Below are positions 13,165-23,539 of a stretch of DNA of 64,000 bases, piece by piece. Position 1 is the first letter of the stretch. The number at the start of each line of letters is the position of its first letter. Origin of the DNA: Ginglymostoma cirratum (lineage: Eukaryota). The notes beneath the pieces were generated by a model that was not told the DNA's origin, did not search any database, and saw nothing but the letters and a program-made list of their open reading frames with translations. The stretch covers positions 12,621,210-12,685,209 of the forward strand of contig JAHRHZ010000085.1 of NCBI GenBank assembly GCA_024137785.1, read 5' to 3'. The translations under genes were made by a program, and so were the position numbers.

Positions 13165-13811
13165 TAAGGGCTCCGCCTGTTCCTACGATGTGGCCTCTGG
13201 TGGCCTCCCTCAGGATCACTTTCAGATTACTTCAGCAGATGTATATTCAGGATAGAACCAGGTTGATCTCATTTGGATCCTGCCCAGTCCTGTGTGGTTG
13301 AATTCTACACCAACGCTTGCCAGCATAGTTAACTGAATCATGAACAAGGTTCTCAAAAATGGTAATAGAAGTTAGCTCCTGTTCTTGGATTGGGTTTCTT
13401 TAACCATTCCCATACACTTACTGACCAACTGTTGCCCCACGTGCAGACCAGGATTTGCACTCTGTGTCTTGCTGGTCTAGTCATTAAGGTAACACACCTC
13501 AACATGCTTTTATTCTAAAAAGAAATCTACAGGGAAGTTCTACAATATTATAGTCAATGTTGGCTAAACTTTCAAAACACACAAACAGAATAATTAACAC
13601 CTACACTTCTGAATTATCCACCTGAAAACTTTAATCAATTGTTCAGGTCTTTCTTATGCTGAAATCATACACAAGGAAGTTTTGCAAGGAAATAGTGCCA
13701 AACTTTATCTCAAAAGTAACTCCTAGAAGTGGTACAGCCAACAGTTTTGGAATTGCGTGCATTTCGTTTCTCATGCAGTCTAATTTGCATTGTTAAAACT
13801 GAAACAAAACT

Positions 13812-14335
13812 GTAGGAACGTAAGAAGGAGCAGCAGTAGGCCTTTTGGCCCTGCAAGCCTGCCCTGATATTCAGCAAGATCATGGTTGATCTACCCCAGG
13901 CCTTAACTCCTCTTTAAGACCAGTGCAGACTAACTTGTGAATTTTCTGATATTTCAAAAATCTGCCTGCCTCCTCTTTGATTCATATCACTGATCTCGTC
14001 TCCCCAGCTGTCTTGAGAGAATTCCAGAAATTCACTACCCTCTGGGAGAAGAACTCATTTGCATCCCAGTTTTCAGTGTCTCCCCTTATTCCGTAACCAT
14101 GCCCCCTAGTTAGAGATTCCCCCATAATGGGAGGCATCTGTCCTGTGAAGACTCCTCAAGTCTTTTATGTTTAAATATGTTCATTTTTCAAGACTTGAAT
14201 GAATAATGGCCTAACCTGTTGAATTGTTCTAAATAAATCACCCTCTTACCCCAGGAAGCAGCCTAGTGAACCTCATTTGAACTGTCTCAAATGACATTAT
14301 ATTCGTTTCAAATATGAAAACCAAAACTGCATACA
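13812..14335 (-). mobile_element. CR1 LINE 3' fragment
   Basis: Begins GGAGCAGCAGTAGGCC...AAGATCATGG (reverse CR1 tail) and ends CCAAAACTGCATACA. Confidence 0.75.
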
Positions 14336-15472
14336 CCTCATGAATTTACTGATTTTATTTCAATTTCAACGCATTCTACTTTACCACGGGATGATGAATA
14401 AGGTATTCACATCCAGCCCTCAACACACCATGAATGCACACAAGATAGTATGTGAATGCTAAATCGCAGCCCATGGCTGCTCCAAAATAAATTAACATCT
14501 CACAGTAACATTTGCTCAGAAGGAGAAAATAATTACTAATTTCCTGTTGGTCTGGTTATTGCCCCTAAAGTGCAATTTGAATAGATGGCAGACTTTTCAT
14601 TTGCTGGCAAAAGATGCCTTCTGTATGTGGCGAATGACAGTTGTATTTCAGCTGCCACTGGAATACCTTTGTAAAAATGCTGATCATGCTTCAGTATAGT
14701 GACATCTATCTGGACATGAAACATGCTTTAACTGTCTGTCACAGAAATGATAAACTGAATTATTTAAACAGAATCCAAACAAGACATATGCAAAATTGTG
14801 CTGTATTCATAATCATCCATAACAAACAGTGCAGTAGTATCACAATGTCAGCTATTTGTCTGTCCTTAAACCAGCTTGTAGGTGTCCAAAATTAGTGTCT
14901 ATCTGCGTTTCTGTTGTTTAAAATACATATGGTATGATCATAAAAGAATCGCACTCCACGCACCCTTTAAGTCTGTTCTTCAGATCACCCTTAAAGTTAA
15001 GGCATAGTTTGCCTGATTCATTAAATTATTGACTAAACAGAATATGCTGTAACTGCTCCACCAATTCTACTCTCATCACCTGGGGCTGGATGAACGCAGC
15101 AGGCCAAGCAGCATCATCGGAGCAGGAAAACTTGACGTTTCGGGAAAACAGGTTAGGGAGGTGGAGATGAGCTGAAAGGAGATGTGGTTGCGGGAGGGGA
15201 GATTTTACTGTTTTTTCCTCTCTCTCCTATCCCCTCCTCCCACCTCAAACCCCACCCCCATCTCCTATCTACTAACATCATCCCGCCCCCTTGACCTGTC
15301 CGTCCTCCCTGGACTGACCTATCTCCTCCCTACCCCCCTACCTACACTCACCTTTACTGGCTCCATCCCCGCCTCTTCGACTTGTCTGCCCCCTCTCCAC
15401 CTATCCTCTCCTCTATCCATCCTCTATCCGCCTCCCCCTCTCTCCCTATTTATTTCAGAACCCTCTTCCCCT

Positions 15473-15572
15473 NNNNNNNNNNNNNNNNNNNNNNNNNNNN
15501 NNNNNNNNNNNNNNNNNNNNNNNNNNNNNNNNNNNNNNNNNNNNNNNNNNNNNNNNNNNNNNNNNNNNNNNN
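15473..15572. other. Assembly gap (100 N) with duplicated flanks
   Basis: 15326-15472 is repeated exactly at 15574-15720, which indicates an unmerged overlap. Confidence 0.95.
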
Positions 15573-15725
15573 TCTCCCTACCCCCCTACCTACACTCACC
15601 TTTACTGGCTCCATCCCCGCCTCTTCGACTTGTCTGCCCCCTCTCCACCTATCCTCTCCTCTATCCATCCTCTATCCGCCTCCCCCTCTCTCCCTATTTA
15701 TTTCAGAACCCTCTTCCCCTCCCCC

Positions 15726-15761
15726 ATTTCTGATGAAGGGTCTAGGCCCGAAATGTCAAGT
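15726..15761 (+). ncRNA. Minimal type I hammerhead ribozyme motif, one stem III mutation
   Basis: attt-CTGATGA-A-GGGT-CTAG-GCCC-GAAA-T-GTC-aagt. The core is intact but ACGT has become ATGT. Confidence 0.7.
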
Positions 15762-15871
15762 TTTCCTGCTCCTATGATGCTGCTTGGCCTGCTGTGTTCA
15801 TCCAGCCCAACGCCTTGTTATCTCGGATTCTCCAGCATCTGCAGTACCTTTTATCTCTACTCTCATCACCT

Positions 15872-16630
15872 TCTCTCTTCCTATGAAAGCAGAGGTGAAT
15901 GTCGCACCTACTCTTTCGCCTGTTCACTTCCCATCATCTTCAGACTGACAATCATGTCTTCCAGGTCCAGTTGCAATTTCTGTGTAGTATTTTAAATTTA
16001 GTCTGCCATATTTGCTGCACACGATGTACTCTGCTGTACATCTGTATTGATGAAAGCGAACGTAGACTGGATGAGCACTTTGCTGAACATTTCTGTTCAA
16101 TCTACAAGCATTACTTCTTGCTCCTAATCACTAACCGTTTCAACTTCTCATTCCATTCCCAGATTCCTTCCTCAGAATACTATTTTAATGAAACTCAGCA
16201 GAAATTCGGGGAACAGTACTAATCTGTCAAACAGGCAATTCACAATTCCCAGATTTAACACTTGTGCTAAACAAATTCAAACTGTAACCTCTGCCCTCAT
16301 CATTTTGCACATCAAATGCTGCTCATGATTCCTGTCATTTACTCATCCTCTAGACTCAAGTTGCTTCTTTCTATGTAGCATTACCACTCATATTAAATTT
16401 GAACCAGTGTCGGTGAATCTCTCCTACCTGTCATTCACGTACAGGTCTACCGTTTCATTCATTCCTCACTTGTGCTTCTATGTTCGTTTAAAATCTGCAT
16501 TGTTTGCAACACTTCCTATGTCTAAGCAGTGGTTATGAATCTGAAATGTTAAAACTCTGTTGCTCTCCAAGAATGCTGCCTGACCAGCTGAGTATTCCCA
16601 GAACCTTGTTTATATTTCAGACTGCTGAAG
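15872..16630 (+). mobile_element. Old Penelope-like (Neptune-type) element remnant: GIY-YIG region and terminus
   Basis: ORF 15899..16222 CCTRCTLLYI...ERRLDEHFAEH parallels the 35265-35708 endonuclease. Decayed terminus at 16520-16625. Confidence 0.7.
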
Positions 16631-17894
16631 TATGATATTCATATTCCAACATCGGCAGTGATTTTCCTTTGGTAGACAGTGCGCTAAGAATTCTGAAAAT
16701 ATAAAATGAATAAAGAGTAAACTTGTCATAATCTGGAATGCTATGTAGGGTACACACAAGCATCATGTGCGCATCTTGAAAAGTTTAATCTGTTTTCTAT
16801 TATTTTAATACAGGTTTCCTTGTGTCATCAGAGCCTAGGAAGTTTAATGTCAGCTTTAGCCATTATTCATTACTCTTCTAAAAATTGTTAATCGATTTTG
16901 GTTGGATGTTTCCCAGTGTTCTCACTTTTGAAACAGATAACTCAAGCAAAAATGAGTGGGGAGCAGTCTACCTGACTCAGTAATGAAAACATAAAGCCAT
17001 GACAACTTGCCTGCTTTCTAGGAAGAGCTCAGCTAACGCGTAGATCAGAGACGAAACCTGGGATCCTCTTGCCTTCAACAATACTAAACTGGAACTGATG
17101 GAGAAAATAATGCCTTAATCCTGGTTTTGCAAAGTTACTGTTGGTTATTGTTCATGGTATGCAAACTTTTCAAGAGAAGTTTGGAAGTGACAGTTTTACC
17201 TCTCTGATTCAGGTGGCTGTTTGCTATAAATTTCCCTGGAAGTTATCCATATATGGATTCCCATTTTGTCAGTGTACTGGTATTGGTCATGGAAAATAAA
17301 ATAGTAGCTGGAATTTGGCATTGCTAATTCATCATGCAGCCTGTAACCCTGCTGTGTGAAGATTTATGAGAAACCTCTTCAGTTGACTAAATGTTTTTCA
17401 TTTGTTCATGGTATATTGGGGCCTGATAGTATAAGAGATGAGTGCACATGATGCAGTCCTGATAAATGAGCTGATCCATCCCACCTGATAGCATCAGAAG
17501 GACCACACTAGATTGTGTCCATAAGTCACTGGGGTGATAATTGAACCTCAAGGCAAGAGTCTTGTCGTTAAGCTATGGTCTACACCTCGTGGCTTAGCTG
17601 AACTCAAACAGTTGGCACTGTGCATTTAGAGTCATTTATTTTGTTTTTACTATTTGGAGGAAAAGTGAGAAGAAAATTAAGGTTCCCTCTGTATGACCTG
17701 CGGGTGAATAAACATGAATTGGCACATTCAGTCTCTATATTGATATGAAAATGAGTTTTTAGATAAGCTAAAAGTATTCTGCTAATTTTCATTGACTCCC
17801 TACACCAACATTAGTAATTCGCTTCACTGAGAGAGGAGAGAAAAGCAATGACTTCGCAGTTGATATAGCAGCCTGTCAAAATGATATTTCTAAG

Positions 17895-18048
17895 TAACAT
17901 TTGTGCCCCCACAGGTATCTATTGTAATGATCATTTCCGAAAAGAGACCATATAACCACTGTCCCTTTGCATTCAGTGATGTTACTATCACTGAATACCC
18001 CACTATCAACATCCTGGGGATTACCATTGACCAGAAACTCAACTGGGC
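17895..18048 (+). mobile_element. L2-like LINE fragment
   Basis: CACTATCAACATCCTGGGGATTACCATTGACCAGAAACT is shared with the 57880-57950 region. Confidence 0.7.
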
Positions 18049-18745
18049 AATGTTATTTTGATTCCATTCTCTTTATGTAAGTTTCCATTAGTTGATAATT
18101 TGTATTTTCGTTATAATGTCCCATCAGGGGCTGTTTAAACATTCTTGCCAACTTAAAGAGAGTAGAAAAATAAATGGATACTCATGCTGGGAAGTGACTT
18201 GTTCTTGATGGTAAGGAGTCATTTACAGCTGACTGAGTTGTTTGGTTTTCTACATGCTGATCTGATACACTGTTGGAGCATTGTTCAGCATTTGATTCAC
18301 TGGTGGTGGGTGTCATTGGTGGGGCCTTTTTTGTTGCAAATGAGATTTAACACATGTTTAATCCACTAAATGTATGTATTTCAAAGTTGATGCCAATACT
18401 GACTGCATGAAATATTGAAGTTTCATACAAACAGTTTTGATGCAAGCATGTGTACCCAGGAGATCTTTGCCCTGAACCTAATTCACATTGATCTGAAGAC
18501 TGGTTGTATAATGTCTTTCCTGTGGATTGTTCACTTTGCATATTTTGCTGAGGAGATGCAAGATACAACTTAAGTTGCTCAACGATCAGTTTAAATTGGT
18601 TCTGAGTGGTAGTATATTTCACCAGGATTTCCAAAAAGAAGTTGTTTTCCACAAAGCACTATTGGAAAACCTTTGTGAAGTTTGGTGATGACCTGGAATT
18701 TGCTGTCTGTGAGCATGGTAGAATCAGTGATGACAAATGAGCTTG

Positions 18746-19310
18746 TTGACTTGCTCGCTGAGCTGGAAAGTTTTTGTTCAGACGTTTCATCACCATGCTA
18801 GGTGACATTATCAATGGAGCCTCCGATGAAGTGATGTTATTCTACTCCGCTTGGAATTTATACTCTCCAGTCCGTTATGGTGAGTAGTGTCATTTCCGGT
18901 TTTGATCTGTATGGGTTTGTATATGGGGTCCAATTCCTCCATATGTTTGTTGATTGAAGTATGGGTGGGGAACCATGCCTCTAGGAATTCCCATGCGTGT
19001 CTATGTTTGGCTTGGTCTACTATGGTTACTTTGTCCCAGATAAACTGATGGCCTTCGTTGTCTGAATGTACAGATATTAAGGAGAGTTCATCGTGCTGTT
19101 TTGCTGCTAGCTGATGTTCATGTATTCTGATGGCTAGTTTCCTTCCTGCCTGTCCGTTTATAATGTTTGTGGCAGTCGTTGCATGGTATTTTGTAAACCA
19201 TGTTCGTTCTGCATGTTGTGGGAATGGGCTCTTTAATCGTTTGTAAGTATTTGTCGTAGAGTGGCTGTGGGCTTGTGGGCCACCGTTATTCCTAGTGGTT
19301 TTAGGAGTCT
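18746..19310 (-). mobile_element. Penelope-like (Penelope/Poseidon-type) element 3' part with GIY-YIG remnant and decayed hammerhead
   Basis: ORF 18811..19572 contains GQAGRKLAIRIHEHQLAAKQHDELSLISVH...WEFLEAW. The minus strand carries TTGATAA-TGTCACC-TAGCAT-GGTGAT-GAAACGTC at 18814-18781. Confidence 0.8.
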
Positions 19311-19517
19311 TGTCAGTTCCCATATTGAGGGAACTTGAGGGAAATAAAATTGCAGGGCTATAAGGATAGTACAGGATTAGACTGCTGGTATTTCTCAGCA
19401 CAAAGCCAGCATTGACTTCAGGGACCAAATCATTGTCATGTTTAAAATGTGAGTGGGAGAACAGCAATGTAAAAATCATATGCTCTGAATTGGAGGGAAT
19501 TATTAAATTGGATGTCC

Positions 19518-22171
19518 ATAAGACCATAAGACATAGGAGTGGAAGTAAAGCCATTCGGCCCATCGAGTCCACCCCGCCATTTAATCATGGCTGATGGGCA
19601 TTTCAACTCCACTTACCCGCACTCTCCCTGTAGCCCTTGATTCCTTGCGAGATCAAGAATTTATCAATCTCTGCCTTGAAGACATTCAACGTCCCGGCCT
19701 CCACTGCGCTCCGTGGCAATGAATTCCACAGGCCCACCACTCTCTGGCTGAAGAAATGTCTCCTCATTTCCGTTCTAAATTGACCCCCTCTAATTCTAAG
19801 GCTGTGCCCACGAGTCCTGGTATCCCCACCTAACGGAAACAACTTCCCAGCGTCCACCCTTTCTTAGCCATGCATTATCTTGTAAGTTTCTATTAGATCT
19901 CCCCTCAACCTTCTAAACTCTAATGAATACAATCCCAGGATCCTCAGCCATTCATCATGTGTTAGGCCTACCATTCCAGGGATCATCCGTGTGAATCTCC
20001 GCTGGACACGCTCCAGTGCCAGTATGTCCTTCCTGAGGTGTGGGGCCCAAAATTGGACACAGTATTCTAAATGGGGCCTAACTAGAGCTTTATGAAGTCT
20101 CAGAAGCACATCGCTGCTTTTATATTCCAACCCTCTTGAGATAAATGACAACATTCCATTCGCTTTCTTAATCACAGACTCAACCTGCAACTTAACCTTT
20201 AGAGAATCCTGTACTAGCACTCCCAGATCCCTTTGTACTTTGGCTTTATGAATTTTCTCACCGTTCAGAAAATAGTCCATGCCTGTATTCTTTTTTCCAA
20301 GGTGCAAGACCTCGTATTTGCTCACGTTGAATTTCAGCAGCCATTTCCTGGACCACTCTCCTAAACTGTCTAAATCATTCTGCAGCCTCCCCACCTCCTC
20401 CGTACTACCTGCCTGTCCGCCCAACTTCGTATCATCGGCAAACTTCGCCAGAATGCCCCCAGTCTCTTCATCCAGATCATTAATATATAAAGTGAACAGC
20501 TGCGGTCCCAACACTGAACCCCGGGGGACACCACTTGTCACCGGTTGCCATTCCGCAAAAGAGCCTTTTATCCCAACTCTCTGCCTTCTGTCAGACAGCC
20601 AATCCTCAATCCATGCCAGTAACTCACCTCGAACACCATGGGCCCTCACCTTACTCAGCAGCCTCCCGTGAGACACCTTATCAAAGGCCTTTTGGAAGTC
20701 TAGATAGACAACATCCACTGGGTTTCCCTGGTCTAACCTACTTGTTATTTCTTCAAAGAATTCTAACAGGTTTGTCAGACACGACCTCCCCTTACTAAAT
20801 CCATGCTGACTTGTTCTAATCCAACCCTGCACTTCCAAGAATTTAGAAATCTCATCCTTAACAATGGATTCTAGAATTTTACCAACAACCGAGGTTAGGC
20901 TAATCGGTCTATAATTTTCCATCTTTTGTCTTGATCCTTTCTTAAACAAGGGGGTTACAACAGCGATTTTCCAATCTTCTGGGACTTCCCCTGACTCCAG
21001 TGACTTTTGAAAGATCACAACCAATGCCTCTGCTATTTCCTCAGCCACGTCCCTCAGAACTCTAGGATGCAGCCCATCGGGGCCAGGAGATTTATCAATT
21101 TTTTGACCTTTTAGCTTTTCTAGCACTTTCTCTTTTGTAATGCCTACCATACTCAACTCTGCCCCCGACTCTCCTTAATTGTTGGGATCTTACTCACGTC
21201 TTCCACTGTGAAGACTGACGCAAAATACTTATTAAATTCTTCAGCTATTTCCTTATCTCCCATCACTAGCCTTCCAGCATCAGTTTGGAGCGGCCCAATG
21301 TCTACTTTTGCCTCTCGTTTGTTTCTTATGTATTGAAAGAAACTTTTACTATCATTTCTAATATTACTGGCTAGCCTACCTTCGTATTTGATCCTCTCCT
21401 TATTTCTGTCTTTGTTATCCTCTGTTCGTTCTTGTACCCTTCCCAATCTTCTGATTTCTCAGTGCTCTTGGCCACTATATAGGCTGTCTTTTTTTCTTTG
21501 ATACATTTCTTGACTTCCTTTGTCAGCCCATGGCTGTCTAATCCTCCCCCCGGATAATCTTTCTTTTCTTTGGGATGAACCTCTGTATTATGTCCTCAAT
21601 TACGCCCAGAAACTCCTGCCATTGTTGTTCTACTGTCTTCCCTGCAAGGCTCTGCTTCCAGTCGATTTTCGTCAGTTCCTCTCTCATGCCCCTGTAATTA
21701 CCTTTATTTAACTGTAACACCGTTACATCCGTTTTTGCCTTCTCTCTTTCAAACCGCAGACTGAACTCCACCATATTAAGATCGCTGCCTCCTAAGTGTT
21801 CCCTTACTTTAAGCTCTTTTATAAAGTCTGGCTCATTACATAGCACTAGATCCAGAATAGCCTGCTCCCTTGTGGGCTCCATCACAAGCTGTTCCAAAAA
21901 GCCATCCTGTAGGCATTCCATGAATTCCCTTTCTTTGGATCCACCGGCAATATTATTCACCCAGTCCACCTGCATTTTGAAGTCCCCCATGATCACCGTG
22001 ACCTTGCCTTTCTGACATGCCCTGTTTATTTCCCGGTGCATCTTGTACCCCTGGTCCTGACCACTGTTAAGAGGTCTGTACATAACTCCCATTATGGTTT
22101 TATTGCCTTTGTGGTTCCTCTACTCCACCCACACAGACTCCACATCATCTGACCCTATGTCATTCAGTGCT
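19518..22171 (-). mobile_element. Young 5'-truncated CR1 LINE, 2.65 kb, 6-bp TSD ATGTCC
   Basis: Endonuclease C-terminal ORF 21538..22092 (MGDF, ILDLVL), RT ORF 19864..21156, tail (TCTTATGG)n. ATGTCC at 19512-19517 and 22172-22177. Confidence 0.95.
19864..21156 (-). pseudogene. CR1 ORF2 reverse transcriptase domain, open for 430 aa but frameshifted from neighbouring segments
   Basis: KSPGPDG, NYRPISLTS, QHGF, YLDFQKAFDKV, GVPRGSVLGP and KFADDTK motifs. Confidence 0.92.
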
Positions 22172-22435
22172 ATGTCCTAGGAATTAGTTGAGACAGTGAT
22201 TGTTTCTATTTGATGTAAGAGACTTGGATTTTGAAATTCAACACAGATTTGCCCCTCTTGTTTAACAGGTTCTACAAAATTAGAAGGACAACAGATTCGA
22301 AGGACGTAACTCAGAAATTGTGGAATGTATTGGACAACTTTTACAGGTTTTCAATAAAAAAAGAAATTTCTGTCATGAAGCAGAGTGGGAAGGTAATTTG
22401 GCTTGTGAACTTGTACCATGAAGGATTTTGTTTCC

Positions 22436-22798
22436 TTTATTCTTTCATGGGATTTGGCATTGTTGATAAGTCAGCATTTATTGCCCATCCCTAATCACCT
22501 AACTGAGTAACTTGATGGACCAATCAGAGGGCAGTTAAGAGTCAATCCAGCCACATTGCTGAGAATAAGCAGTCATATATAGGCCAGACCAGGTAAAGAT
22601 GGCAGATTTAATTATCCAAAAGGAAGAAGATGGGTTTTTGCTATAATTCTTCCTTGTTTCACAGTCACTTCTATTGAAGCTAGCTTTTTAATTCCAGGCT
22701 TTAATATCAGCTGTTGCAATGGGATTTGAACCCATGCTCCCAGCATATTAGCCTGGATCTCTGGACATTACCACGACACCACACCACACCATCTCCCC
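22436..22798 (-). mobile_element. tRNA-derived SINE (family 2)
   Basis: CAGCATTTATTGCCCATCCCTAA tail and reverse B-box GGGATTTGAACCC. Confidence 0.75.
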
Positions 22799-23539
22799 TT
22801 TCTTTGCACTTGTACTCCAGTTCCTTTGAAATAAAAGCTAGTTGCGATTGGTATATGATTCACCATGCCCCTCTAAATACAAATATGTTCCAGTTCATCT
22901 TTTAACACACCCTCCGACATGAAAGCTTTCTGTTTTTTCTTAGCATAATGCTAGGTCAGATTGCCAACTTTGTAGGGCCAAGTTACATTCACTTTGCAAA
23001 AGATAATTGACAAAAGATGAGATCTGGTGACTTCCTAAGAGAATAGTGCCACACAACTCAACAGTTTTGAACAAGTAACAATACTTTGCTCTTCAGATCA
23101 AAAGAGTACCACAGCCTGCAGTACATGTAAAAATTATTTTTACTACCAAATTAACATTTGGTAACTATGAGTAATGTACTGTGAACACCTCACAGCACAC
23201 ATTAAACATCAGATGTGATCGTGACTGGTCCCACAGATTACTCAGCAGTTCTCCCCAGATGTTGTTAATGCAGTGGGTCATCAAATCTCTTTATTCTTCA
23301 CAAGGGATCAACAATCTTCACTTAGCGAATGCCTCAATAACTGCCCAGTTGTGGTTGATCATTCCCTATCCTTGGTCCATGCTATTGTGGAATCTGAAAA
23401 TTACACTCCAGTACTTTTCCATAAGCACACATCCAGCTTCTCACTGGCATTCTTCACCAAGCTAGGGCTTTCCTTGTCTTTTTCCCTGAGTTTCTATCTT
23501 CAGTTGCTTTCTCAATGACCTTCCCTTGGACCTTCTGAC

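Larger units (their letters stand above)
15082..15855 (+). mobile_element. Non-autonomous Penelope-like element with an inverted terminal segment and a 16-bp TSD
   Basis: TCTACTCTCATCACCT at 15066-15081 and 15856-15871. 15083-15144 is the reverse complement of 15747-15808 with 3 mismatches in 62. Body is nearly identical to the reverse of 34917-35270. Confidence 0.85.

Noticed and set aside
15326-15720. Apparent 147-bp tandem duplication around the N run
   Set aside because: The copies are identical and abut a 100-N gap, and the homologous element at 35020-35170 has one unit. Most likely an unmerged contig overlap.
18811-19572. 253-aa ORF as a standalone GIY-YIG nuclease gene
   Set aside because: Chimera of a CR1 tail, spacer DNA and a decayed Penelope endonuclease lacking intact GIY and YIG motifs.
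19864-21156. 430-aa ORF as a host gene or domesticated RT
   Set aside because: Ordinary CR1 RT inside a truncated, frameshifted copy with a tail and TSD.
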